Assembly (NCBI GenBank): GCA_043814315.1 | Contig: JBDRKE010000010.1 | Location: 66,896-130,895, forward strand | Direction: 5' to 3' | From: Candidatus Omnitrophota bacterium | Lineage (GTDB): Bacteria > Omnitrophota > Gorgyraeia > Gygaellales > Profunditerraquicolaceae | DNA: 64,000 nucleotides | Shown here: piece after piece, positions 32,429 through 40,122 of the stretch | Layout: every line of letters begins with the position of its first letter | How positions within the stretch are numbered: position 1 is the stretch's first letter | The notes under the pieces: generated by a model | What the model was told of the DNA's origin: nothing | Database searches by the model: none | What the model saw: the letters and a program-made list of their open reading frames with translations, nothing else | Made by a program: the position numbers and the translations under genes

Positions 32429-33532
32429 ATGAAAAATATATTCAGATTGCCTTTGGCTGTTGTTTTATTTTCGGCAATCCTGACGGCCTGTTTCTATTGG
32501 CCGTTGATTTCAGCCGAGGCGCCCCTTAAAGAAGGCCTTTTTTATGAGAAGCTGAAAGGTAATACTGTTCAGTGTCATATCTGTCCCCGTCATTGTATTA
32601 TTCCCGCAGGCAGGCGGGGATTCTGCGGCGTCAGAGAGAATCGCGACGGCATTCTGTACGCCTTATCCTACGGAAAACTGGTTTCCGCCCATATTGACCC
32701 CATTGAAAAAAAGCCTTTGTTTCATTTCTATCCTGCCACTACCGCTTTTTCCATTGCCACGGCTGGCTGTAATTTAAGATGCAAATTCTGTCAAAACTGG
32801 GAGATCTCCCAGAGAAAACCCGAGGAGGTCAATTATAGTTATATTGAGCCCCGGGATTTAATAGAGAAGGTTATGGAATCCGGTTCTCTCACCATTGCCT
32901 ACACGTATACGGAGCCCACCATATTTTACGAATATATGCTGGAGACGGCAAAGCTGGCTAAAAAAGAAGGGATCAAAAATATTATGCACTCCTGCGGGTA
33001 TATCAACGAGCCGCCCTTGCGGGAGTTGATTCCGTATCTGGATGCCGCTAACATTGATTTAAAAGGCTTTAGCGACGATTATTATCAGAAACTTTCGGAA
33101 GCAAGCCTTGAGCCCGTACTTAACACGTTGAGGATATTAAAAGAAGAAGGGGTGCATCTGGAGATAACCAATTTGCTCTTGCCTGGATTTAACGATGATC
33201 CCGAAACGATAGCCAAGATGTGCCTCTGGATAAAAGAAAATCTGGGTGCGGATACGCCGCTGCATTTTTCCCGCTTTTTTCCGATGTATAAATTGTTAAG
33301 CTTAAACCCTACGCCTGTGCAGTCTTTAGAAAGGGCGCGCCAGATCGCGTTGGATAGCGGCCTGAAATACGTCTATATAGGGAATCTGGCAGGGCATCCG
33401 GCTGAGAATACCTATTGCCCCAAATGCAAACAGCTTTTGATTGAACGTAAGGGCTACTTTATCCTGAAAAACAATATTCAGGACGGAAAGTGCAAATACT
33501 GCGGAGAGAAGATTGAAGGAGTCTGGCAGTAA
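32429..33532 (+). CDS. AmmeMemoRadiSam system radical SAM enzyme
   Basis: Contains CHICPRHCIIPAGRRGFCGVRENRDG and the CNLRCKFCQNWE (CxxxCxxC) cluster, and is adjacent to a Memo/AMMECR1 gene. It carries an extra hydrophobic N-terminus (MKNIFRLPLAVVLFSAILTACFYWPLISA). Confidence 0.85.
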   Translation: MKNIFRLPLAVVLFSAILTACFYWPLISAEAPLKEGLFYEKLKGNTVQCHICPRHCIIPAGRRGFCGVRENRDGILYALSYGKLVSAHIDPIEKKPLFHFYPATTAFSIATAGCNLRCKFCQNWEISQRKPEEVNYSYIEPRDLIEKVMESGSLTIAYTYTEPTIFYEYMLETAKLAKKEGIKNIMHSCGYINEPPLRELIPYLDAANIDLKGFSDDYYQKLSEASLEPVLNTLRILKEEGVHLEITNLLLPGFNDDPETIAKMCLWIKENLGADTPLHFSRFFPMYKLLSLNPTPVQSLERARQIALDSGLKYVYIGNLAGHPAENTYCPKCKQLLIERKGYFILKNNIQDGKCKYCGEKIEGVWQ

Positions 33533-33547
33533 AATGAAAACACGGTT

Positions 33548-33686
33548 CAAATCCCAAATCCAAAATCCCAAATCCCAAACAAATCCCAAACACCAATTTC
33601 CAATATTTCAAACTTTAATGTTTCGGTCATTGGTCATTGGGGCATTGGTGCTTATTTGGAATTTGGTGCTTGGTACTTGGAATTTA
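33548..33686. repeat. modular hairpin element (aaatcccaaa.. / ..ttggaatttggtg arms)
   Basis: A/C-rich arm at 33548..33614 and complementary G/T-rich arm at 33626..33686. The right arm lies within the reading frame of the downstream gene. Confidence 0.8.
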
Positions 33687-35090
33687 CATGCGCAAGATAT
33701 TAAAGAACCAAACGTGGCTGGTGCTTTTTATCCGGCTAACGCCGAAGAGTTGTCCCGCATGATAGACGGTTTTCTAGTTGCGGCAACGCCTGAGTTGATC
33801 GAAGGGGACATATTCGTTTTGATTTCTCCTCATGCCGGATATGGTTATTCTGGCCAGACTGCCGCTTACGGTTATAAGTTGGTGAGGGGCAAGCCCTATA
33901 AAACCGTCATTGTTTTAGGCTCAAGCCACCATTATGGTTTTAGCGGTGCCTCTGTATATGCGCAAGGATCATTGCGCACGCCTCTGGGGGATGTGGCCGT
34001 AGATGAAGCATTCGCACAGAAACTCCTTAATAAGACTGAGGAGATATTTTTTGATCCCAGCGCCTTTGAGAAGGAACACTCCGTAGAAGTGCAATTGCCT
34101 TTTTTGCAAAAGGCGCTCTCTGATTTTAAAATCGTTCCCATTGTTATGGGCGATTGCACTCTTTCCACGTGCCAGAATCTGGCAAATCTGCTTAAAGAAG
34201 CCATCGGCGAGCGTCAGGATGTTCTTGTGGTGGCATCCACCGATATGTATCACGGCTACGATTACGATGAGGCAGATTCCGTGGATAATCTGACCCTATC
34301 TTTTTTAAAAAATATGGATGCCCAGGGTTTATATTATGGGTTACGCGAAGGCAAGCTTCAGCTTTGCGGGGGGTTTGGCGTGGTTTCTGCTATGATTTTG
34401 GCCAAAGAGTTAGGCCACCAAAAATTGAGCATTTTAAAACACACAAATTCCGCTATTGTTACCGGTGAAAAGGTTAAAGGACGCTGGACCGTCGGCTATG
34501 TCAGCTGTGTTATAGACCAGGAAAAAGGAGGAGAGGCCTTGCTAAACAAAGACCAGAGAAAACGATTGATTGAGATCGCCAGAAGCTCTATTGAAACATA
34601 CCTAAAAACCAATAAGAAATTGGAAGTCATGGTTCAGGACCCCGCGTTGTCGAAAAATATGGGAGCTTTTGTGACTCTTCATGACCGTGCAGGGTTACGG
34701 GGCTGCATCGGTAATCTTGTCGCAAGGCAGCCGCTTTATCTGACCGTCAGGGACATGGCTGTTCAGGCGGCTGTGGATGACCCGCGTTTTTCTCCTCTTA
34801 CGCTATCGGAACTTGGAGAGGTCGAGATTGAGATTTCAGTATTAACCCCCTTGGAAAGGATAGTTTCAGCAGAGGAAATACAATTAGGCACTCACGGCGT
34901 CCTGGTTATAAAAGGCCCCAACAGCGGCGTCTTCCTGCCGCAGGTCGCCGCAGAGACCGGTTGGTCCAAAGAAGAATTCCTGTCCAACCTTTGTAGTCAT
35001 AAGGCAGGCCTTTTGCCTGATGCCTGGAAGGATAAGTCAACTGAAATCTATACATTCACTGCCGAAGTATTTTCGGAAAGCAATTATTAG
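33618..35090 (+). CDS. fused AmmeMemoRadiSam protein B (Memo-like) and protein A (AMMECR1)
   Basis: The Memo part has AGAFYPANAEEL and ISPHAGYGYSG. The AMMECR1 part has GAFVTLHDRAGLRGCIGN. The start is uncertain: ATG 33618 gives a hydrophobic N-terminus encoded by the repeat arm, and downstream TTG/GTG codons are alternatives. Confidence 0.85.
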   Translation: MFRSLVIGALVLIWNLVLGTWNLHAQDIKEPNVAGAFYPANAEELSRMIDGFLVAATPELIEGDIFVLISPHAGYGYSGQTAAYGYKLVRGKPYKTVIVLGSSHHYGFSGASVYAQGSLRTPLGDVAVDEAFAQKLLNKTEEIFFDPSAFEKEHSVEVQLPFLQKALSDFKIVPIVMGDCTLSTCQNLANLLKEAIGERQDVLVVASTDMYHGYDYDEADSVDNLTLSFLKNMDAQGLYYGLREGKLQLCGGFGVVSAMILAKELGHQKLSILKHTNSAIVTGEKVKGRWTVGYVSCVIDQEKGGEALLNKDQRKRLIEIARSSIETYLKTNKKLEVMVQDPALSKNMGAFVTLHDRAGLRGCIGNLVARQPLYLTVRDMAVQAAVDDPRFSPLTLSELGEVEIEISVLTPLERIVSAEEIQLGTHGVLVIKGPNSGVFLPQVAAETGWSKEEFLSNLCSHKAGLLPDAWKDKSTEIYTFTAEVFSESNY

Positions 35091-35098
35091 AATACTTA

Positions 35099-35243
35099 TA
35101 AATTCAAATGTCAAAATCCAAAAAGAATCCCTGCCTTGCCGGCAGGCAGGCAAGGCAGGGAGGCAAATGTTAAAACAGAAGATTCATCGTTTTGAATTTT
35201 GTGCTTTGTGCTTATTTTGAATTTTGAGCTTTGTCATTTGAAT
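35099..35243. repeat. modular hairpin element (aattcaaatgtcaaaatccaaaa arm, ccctgccttgcc-ggcaggca-ggcaaggcaggg core)
   Basis: A 12-bp palindromic stem core lies at 35129..35160. The right arm ttttgaattttgtgctttgtgcttattttgaattttgagctttgtcatttgaat complements the left arm. Confidence 0.8.
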
Positions 35244-35253
35244 CTTAATTCTT

Positions 35254-35907
35254 ATGTTAAATATCACCTTCAGTCTTTTCCTGACGGGTCTGTTATTCGG
35301 TTCCGGACCGTGCCTGGCCACTTGCGGCCCCATCCTTGTGTCTTATGTCGTGGGTACCTGTAAAGATATCCCGAAGGGGCTTAAAGACTACCTTTTGTTT
35401 TCCTTAGCCAGGATTTTTGTTTACCTCGTGTTGGTCCAAGCAGTCTTTTTTTTAGGTAGCTTTACCCTCCAGAGGATTTTAGGAAGATATGCTCAATATC
35501 TATTAATCCTGGGAGGCATTTTTATTGCATGGATAGGCGTGCTCATGATGCTGGGGAAAAGACCGGAATTCAAGTTTTGGCAGCGCGTCCATAAAAACAT
35601 CGCAGGCCGCGATAAACAAAACCTGATAGGGATGGGTTTAGTCGTCGGGATCCTGCCTTGTGCACCTCTTTTAGCCGTACTTTCCTACATTGGGCTGACA
35701 TCCAAAACCTGGGCCCATAGCCTTCTCTACGGCGTCAGTTTTGGCTTGGGTACATTTTTATCTCCCCTGATAGCCCTCGTTATTCTTGCAGGATTTATTC
35801 CAAGGGTATTAATGTCCCGCAAGGCCGTTTATGAGCGCGTCTTTAGCTTAATCTGCGGTTTTATTATCTTTTTTTTCGGTTTACGATTGATCATCAGTGC
35901 CATTTGA
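35254..35907 (+). CDS. polytopic membrane protein with a CxxxC motif (DsbD_2/CcdA-like candidate)
   Basis: 217 aa with about six TM segments. GSGPCLATCGPIL lies in the first TM segment. Assigned from motif resemblance only. Confidence 0.45.
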   Translation: MLNITFSLFLTGLLFGSGPCLATCGPILVSYVVGTCKDIPKGLKDYLLFSLARIFVYLVLVQAVFFLGSFTLQRILGRYAQYLLILGGIFIAWIGVLMMLGKRPEFKFWQRVHKNIAGRDKQNLIGMGLVVGILPCAPLLAVLSYIGLTSKTWAHSLLYGVSFGLGTFLSPLIALVILAGFIPRVLMSRKAVYERVFSLICGFIIFFFGLRLIISAI

Positions 35908-35911
35908 ACTC

Positions 35912-36640
35912 ATGCGAAGATTTTTTTCTGAAATAGTGGAAGTTTCTCAGGGCCGCATAACGCTTTCTGATAAGGATACGGTGCACCATATAAGGGATGT
36001 TCTGCGCCTGCAAAAAAATGACGGCCTCATTGTCTTTGACAAAACAGGCCATGAATATATCGGCGAGATAGAGAAGTTGTCCGAAAGACACATCATTTTG
36101 AGAGTCAAGGAGAAAAAGGGGGGTAGGTTGCAAAAGACGTTTTCGCTGACCTTTGCCTGCGCTATCCCCAAAAACTCCAGGATGGATGATATCATTGATA
36201 AACTCACGCAGTTGGGCGTAGATAGGATGATACCTTGTAAAACAAAACACACGGTTGTAGCCTTCGACAGGCAAAAAGCCATTGCGCGGCATGAGCGCTG
36301 GAACAAGATTGGCCGCAGTGCAAGCGAGCAGTCCAAGAGAAATACCGTGCCCGTGATTGACCCCGTCAAGGACTTTAGAGAGCTTATTTGTGAAGCAAAG
36401 AATTTTGACCTGAAATTAATACCCACGTTAAGAGGCAGGCGTGTGCGGCTCAAAGATGCTTTGAGGGCCAAGCCGCCAAAAAATATGCTGGTGGTTATCG
36501 GGCCGGAGGGGGACTTTAGCGAGGAGGAAGTTCGGTTAGCCAGGGCCGCCGGTTTTATTCCTGTATCTCTGGGCGAACGGGTGTTACGGGTAGAGACCGC
36601 AGCTGTTGCTGTTGCAAGTTATATAAAATTATCGACATAA
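35912..36640 (+). CDS. rsmE: 16S rRNA (uracil1498-N3)-methyltransferase
   Basis: MRRFF start, a PUA-like N-terminus, and the C-terminal IGPEGDFSEEEV / LGERVLRVETA blocks. Confidence 0.85.
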   Translation: MRRFFSEIVEVSQGRITLSDKDTVHHIRDVLRLQKNDGLIVFDKTGHEYIGEIEKLSERHIILRVKEKKGGRLQKTFSLTFACAIPKNSRMDDIIDKLTQLGVDRMIPCKTKHTVVAFDRQKAIARHERWNKIGRSASEQSKRNTVPVIDPVKDFRELICEAKNFDLKLIPTLRGRRVRLKDALRAKPPKNMLVVIGPEGDFSEEEVRLARAAGFIPVSLGERVLRVETAAVAVASYIKLST

Positions 36641-36645
36641 AAAAG

Positions 36646-37968
36646 ATGCAAACCGTTAAATTTTATACTTTAGGCTGCAAGGTGAATCAGTATGATACGC
36701 AGAACTTGAGGGAGCGTTTTGAGGAGGCAGGATTTAAGGAATTAGAGGACACAGAGGCTGCGGATGTCTGTGTCGTGAATACCTGCACGGTCACGCACAA
36801 GGCGGATGCAGATTCCTTAAACATCATCCGCAAAACCAGAAGGCAGAACCCGAAGGCAAGGATTATCGTCACGGGGTGCCTTACCGAATTAGACGAAAAG
36901 AAGATCAAAGATGCCGGCGCGCGCCTGATTATCAAAAATAAAGATAAAACAAGGATAACGGAGATTTTAAACCGGCAAATGGGCAAATCCTTCGGCAGGC
37001 TCAGGACGCTTCGCCGAAGGGCGCTGAGCGAAAGAGAAGTGCCGGCAAACCGGCAAATGTACAAAGGCATTTCTTTTTTTAAGGGCCACACGCGCGCCTT
37101 CATAAAAATTCAGGATGGTTGCGATAACTTTTGCTCCTATTGCAAGGTTCCCCTGGTTAGAGGTGCTTCGCGGAGCAGGCCGCTTAAGGATGTTGTTGAA
37201 GAGGCTAACAGATTAAGTCAAAACGGTTTCAGAGAGATAGTCCTCACTGGCATATGTTTAGGCTCATACGGTAGGGATTTAAAGCAGAGGGTTTCTCTTG
37301 TCAATGTAATCGATAAGTTGGAAGACATCGACGAACAGTTACGCATCAGACTGAGCTCTATTGAGGCAGGCGATATTTCAGATGGATTAATACATAAGCT
37401 TGCGCATTCTAGAAAATTATGCCGACATCTGCACGTGCCTTTTCAGAGCGGCGATAACGAAATATTAAAAAAAATGAACCGCAGAGATACTTTTGAAGAT
37501 TATTTGAGACTTATCCGCAGGATAAAAGCCGCCATACCAGAAATCGCCATAACTACAGATATCATAGTTGGATTTCCATCAGAAACTGAAGAGAATTTTC
37601 AGAATACCCTTAGCCTGATTAAGCAGACTATGCCTTTAAGAGTGCATATCTTTACATACAGTTTAAGAGAGCCCACCGCCGCAAGTAATTTTAAGGAAAA
37701 TTGTAATCCGGTTATCGTAAAAAAAAGAGTCTCTAAACTTAAAGAAATCTCCCAGAATTGCAGCCTCATTTTTAAAAAGCGATTTCTCAACAGAAAAATG
37801 GAAGTCCTTATAGAAGGCCGGGCAAAAGAAAATAAGGATTACTGGCAGGGTTATACTGGGAATTATATGAAGGTGGAGGTTAAATCCGAACTCGATTTAA
37901 AGAATAAAATGGTTCCCTTACAATTGAAAAAAATATTTAACAGCCATATTCTGGCAGATTTTTATTGA
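36646..37968 (+). CDS. mtaB: MiaB-like tRNA methylthiotransferase (MtaB type)
   Basis: N-terminal MTTase domain (FYTLGCKVNQYD, VVNTCTVT), the radical SAM motif CDNFCSYCKVP and a C-terminal TRAM-like region. It carries a 78-nt repeat insertion in the interdomain linker. Confidence 0.8.
   Translation: MQTVKFYTLGCKVNQYDTQNLRERFEEAGFKELEDTEAADVCVVNTCTVTHKADADSLNIIRKTRRQNPKARIIVTGCLTELDEKKIKDAGARLIIKNKDKTRITEILNRQMGKSFGRLRTLRRRALSEREVPANRQMYKGISFFKGHTRAFIKIQDGCDNFCSYCKVPLVRGASRSRPLKDVVEEANRLSQNGFREIVLTGICLGSYGRDLKQRVSLVNVIDKLEDIDEQLRIRLSSIEAGDISDGLIHKLAHSRKLCRHLHVPFQSGDNEILKKMNRRDTFEDYLRLIRRIKAAIPEIAITTDIIVGFPSETEENFQNTLSLIKQTMPLRVHIFTYSLREPTAASNFKENCNPVIVKKRVSKLKEISQNCSLIFKKRFLNRKMEVLIEGRAKENKDYWQGYTGNYMKVEVKSELDLKNKMVPLQLKKIFNSHILADFY
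36971..37059 (+). repeat. in-frame repeat insertion in mtaB flanked by an 11-bp direct repeat
   Basis: accggcaaatg occurs at 36971..36981 and 37049..37059, exactly 78 nt (26 codons) apart. Between them lies the hairpin core ccttcggcaggctcaggacgcttcgccgaagg (36989..37020), also found intergenically at 21653..21683. Confidence 0.85.
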
Positions 37969-38054
37969 CGCCTAATTATAGGTATGATATAAAAATCACA
38001 AAGGTTCCAAAGGTTCTTTCGCAAAAGGAATGATCACTAAACAAGGAGGCTAAA

Positions 38055-39251
38055 ATGCAGAAAATGAAGCTTTTACTATTTTTCTTAATCTTCTTCGTGG
38101 TTTTTCCTGCTTTTCTTTTTGCTCAAGAAACCCTAACCATCACCACTTATTATCCTAGTCCCTATGGGAGCTATAACCAATTATACGTTGCAGATAGGGT
38201 CGGCATCGGGACGACGGCTCCGCCAGAAAAATTATCTGTTTACAGCAATAATTCCGCCTCCCTGTTAAAACTGCACGGCGCTGGCGACGCATGGAATTTC
38301 TCAGGTATTGCCCTAACTTCAGAGGAAGCGGCGGGTAATAAAAGCTGGGATATTTTACATCGGAAAGTCGCAGGTGAACTCAATAATTTTATCATTCAGG
38401 AATTTGACAACGTTTACACTACGAGATTGACTATCAAACCGGGTGGCAACGTCGGCATCGGCACGGAAAATCCTCAATGGAAATTAGAAGTAGATGGCTT
38501 TGCTGGAGTGGCTAATCAATTAAACATCACGGGCCCGGGGGGATGGGCACAGGTGCAATCAGCAGATGTCGATGTCGATTTGGAATTGAAAACTGTCTCT
38601 GGAACTGGGGCCATCAAGTTCAGTCCAAATGATAACGAAGTCATGACAATAACTTCGACGGGAAGGGTAGGTATCGGGACAGCAGTACCGAATACAAAAC
38701 TCGCAGTTAGCGGGCTTACGTCCAATAATCTATCTAGGAGAATTAGAATGAGTGCATCCGGTAACTTTTATTATTATAGTGCGGCGTTTACAGAATATCA
38801 TTCTTATTTGTCAGACAACCCAGATGTTTTAGGCATCGGGGATGCTGTTTGTCTTGTAAATGGTAAACTTGTCAAATCATCTTCTAAAAGACAGACGAAC
38901 TGTGTTGGAATTGTTGCTTTTAAAGGCATCGGAAGAGGCAATACTGATTCATTGAGCGGGGCCCCTGAAAGTAAAAATTTAATACAGGTGGCCTCTATTG
39001 GAGATAACAGGGAACAGAAGAACGATGTTTCTTTAAAGGGCCGTAAGGTATTGAGAGGATTTAAAGTTTGTAATGAGGGGGGCGCTATTAAAACAGGCGA
39101 CTTATTGTGCACTTCTTCTAAGTCGGGTTTTTTAATGAAACAGGACGATGATATAATGCATAGTTATACTGTTGGTAAAAGCTTGGTCGATGTGTCATTT
39201 GATAAAAATGGCGAAGCAAAGGATGTTTACGGGTATTTACTCTGTAATTAA
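38055..39251 (+). CDS. secreted protein with repeated GIGT..P..KL.V motifs (tail-fibre-like repeat)
   Basis: Signal peptide MQKMKLLLFFLIFFVVFPAFLFAQ. There are three motif copies: RVGIGTTAPPEKLSV, NVGIGTENPQWKLEV and RVGIGTAVPNTKLAV. A good SD (aaggagg) is present. Confidence 0.6.
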   Translation: MQKMKLLLFFLIFFVVFPAFLFAQETLTITTYYPSPYGSYNQLYVADRVGIGTTAPPEKLSVYSNNSASLLKLHGAGDAWNFSGIALTSEEAAGNKSWDILHRKVAGELNNFIIQEFDNVYTTRLTIKPGGNVGIGTENPQWKLEVDGFAGVANQLNITGPGGWAQVQSADVDVDLELKTVSGTGAIKFSPNDNEVMTITSTGRVGIGTAVPNTKLAVSGLTSNNLSRRIRMSASGNFYYYSAAFTEYHSYLSDNPDVLGIGDAVCLVNGKLVKSSSKRQTNCVGIVAFKGIGRGNTDSLSGAPESKNLIQVASIGDNREQKNDVSLKGRKVLRGFKVCNEGGAIKTGDLLCTSSKSGFLMKQDDDIMHSYTVGKSLVDVSFDKNGEAKDVYGYLLCN

Positions 39252-39384
39252 AGCGGCAACGTTGGCATTGGACTACGAGCCTTATCCCAAATCCAAAAAG
39301 TATTTGAATTATGCTTAAGATATGGTATACTTATAAGGTAAGGCTATTTGAAAGAATGGAAAGGGGTTAAAACAGTTTTTATGC

Positions 39385-39413
39385 TTGACAAATCGGAAAG
39401 GAGGTGTTATAAA
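39385..39413 (+). promoter_or_regulatory. sigma70-like promoter candidate for the major pilin gene
   Basis: TTGACA (39385..39390), a 17-nt spacer, then TATAAA (39408..39413). This predicts a leader of roughly 135 nt. Confidence 0.5.
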
Positions 39414-39553
39414 AAAAGAGTTACCCGAAGGGGACAGGCGCTGTTAAAATACCTCTTTAGGAAAATAGAGGTTATAATATATAAATAAGACGGAAAAGAG
39501 GTGGTTAAGAGCGCGACATGTCAATCTGACCTTAGGAAGGAGGCTTTATCAGT

Positions 39554-39976
39554 ATGAAAAATAGAGGTTTTACACTCGTAGAAATCATGATCGTTGTGGC
39601 CATTATCGCCTTGTTAGCTGCCATTGCTATACCGAACCTGTTGACAGCAAGAAGAACGGCTAACGAAGCAGCAGCCAAAGCCACAGTGCGCAGTCTCTCA
39701 ACTGCGGCAGAGACATATGCCACGTCTAATAGTGGCGTGTATCCGTCGGCTGTAGGGACAGCTGGTGCCTCATGTACTCAGTTGGCTTGCTTTATCAGTT
39801 CAGCTGCTAGCTACTGCGCAGATGCAGCAGGTACGCTTAGGGCTGTCCAGGGTTACAACTACAGATGCACCTTGACAACAGGCGGTTACAATTTTGTAGC
39901 TGAGCCTATGACCGTCGGCACAACGGGAAATTTCACTTATACAGCGTCTACAGGAGGCGTGATTACGCCTCTGTAA
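39554..39976 (+). CDS. type IV major pilin-like protein (PilA/GspG-like)
   Basis: MKNRG|FTLVEIMIVVAIIALLAAIAIPNLL is a canonical prepilin N-terminus. The gene has its own promoter candidate, a strong SD (ggaaggagg) and a terminator. Confidence 0.88.
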   Translation: MKNRGFTLVEIMIVVAIIALLAAIAIPNLLTARRTANEAAAKATVRSLSTAAETYATSNSGVYPSAVGTAGASCTQLACFISSAASYCADAAGTLRAVQGYNYRCTLTTGGYNFVAEPMTVGTTGNFTYTASTGGVITPL

Positions 39977-40000
39977 GGTGAGAGTTTTATAACGCTGATA

Positions 40001-40030
40001 AAAGGAGGAGAATCAAATCTCCTCCTTTTA
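40001..40030 (+). terminator. rho-independent terminator after the major pilin gene
   Basis: aaaggaggaga, loop atcaaa, then tctcctccttt, followed by a T/A-rich run. Confidence 0.7.
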
Positions 40031-40069
40031 TATATATACAGCCCTTCACAAAATTCGTTTCGGGCTGTT

Positions 40070-40103
40070 GATTACACAGATTTCTAAAAGATTACACAGA
40101 TTT
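40070..40103 (+). promoter_or_regulatory. 14-nt direct repeat pair spaced 20 nt (candidate operator)
   Basis: gattacacagattt occurs at 40070..40083 and 40090..40103, preceded by the hairpin cagccc...gggctg (40040..40068). Confidence 0.3.
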
Positions 40104-40122
40104 TTCCGTCGAGTCATAACTG

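Noticed and set aside
21879-39251. Possible prophage remnant (an excisionase-like HTH gene plus a tail-fibre-like repeat protein).
   Set aside because: The two genes are 16 kb apart and separated by pilus, tRNA and housekeeping genes. No capsid, terminase, integrase or other phage genes are present.
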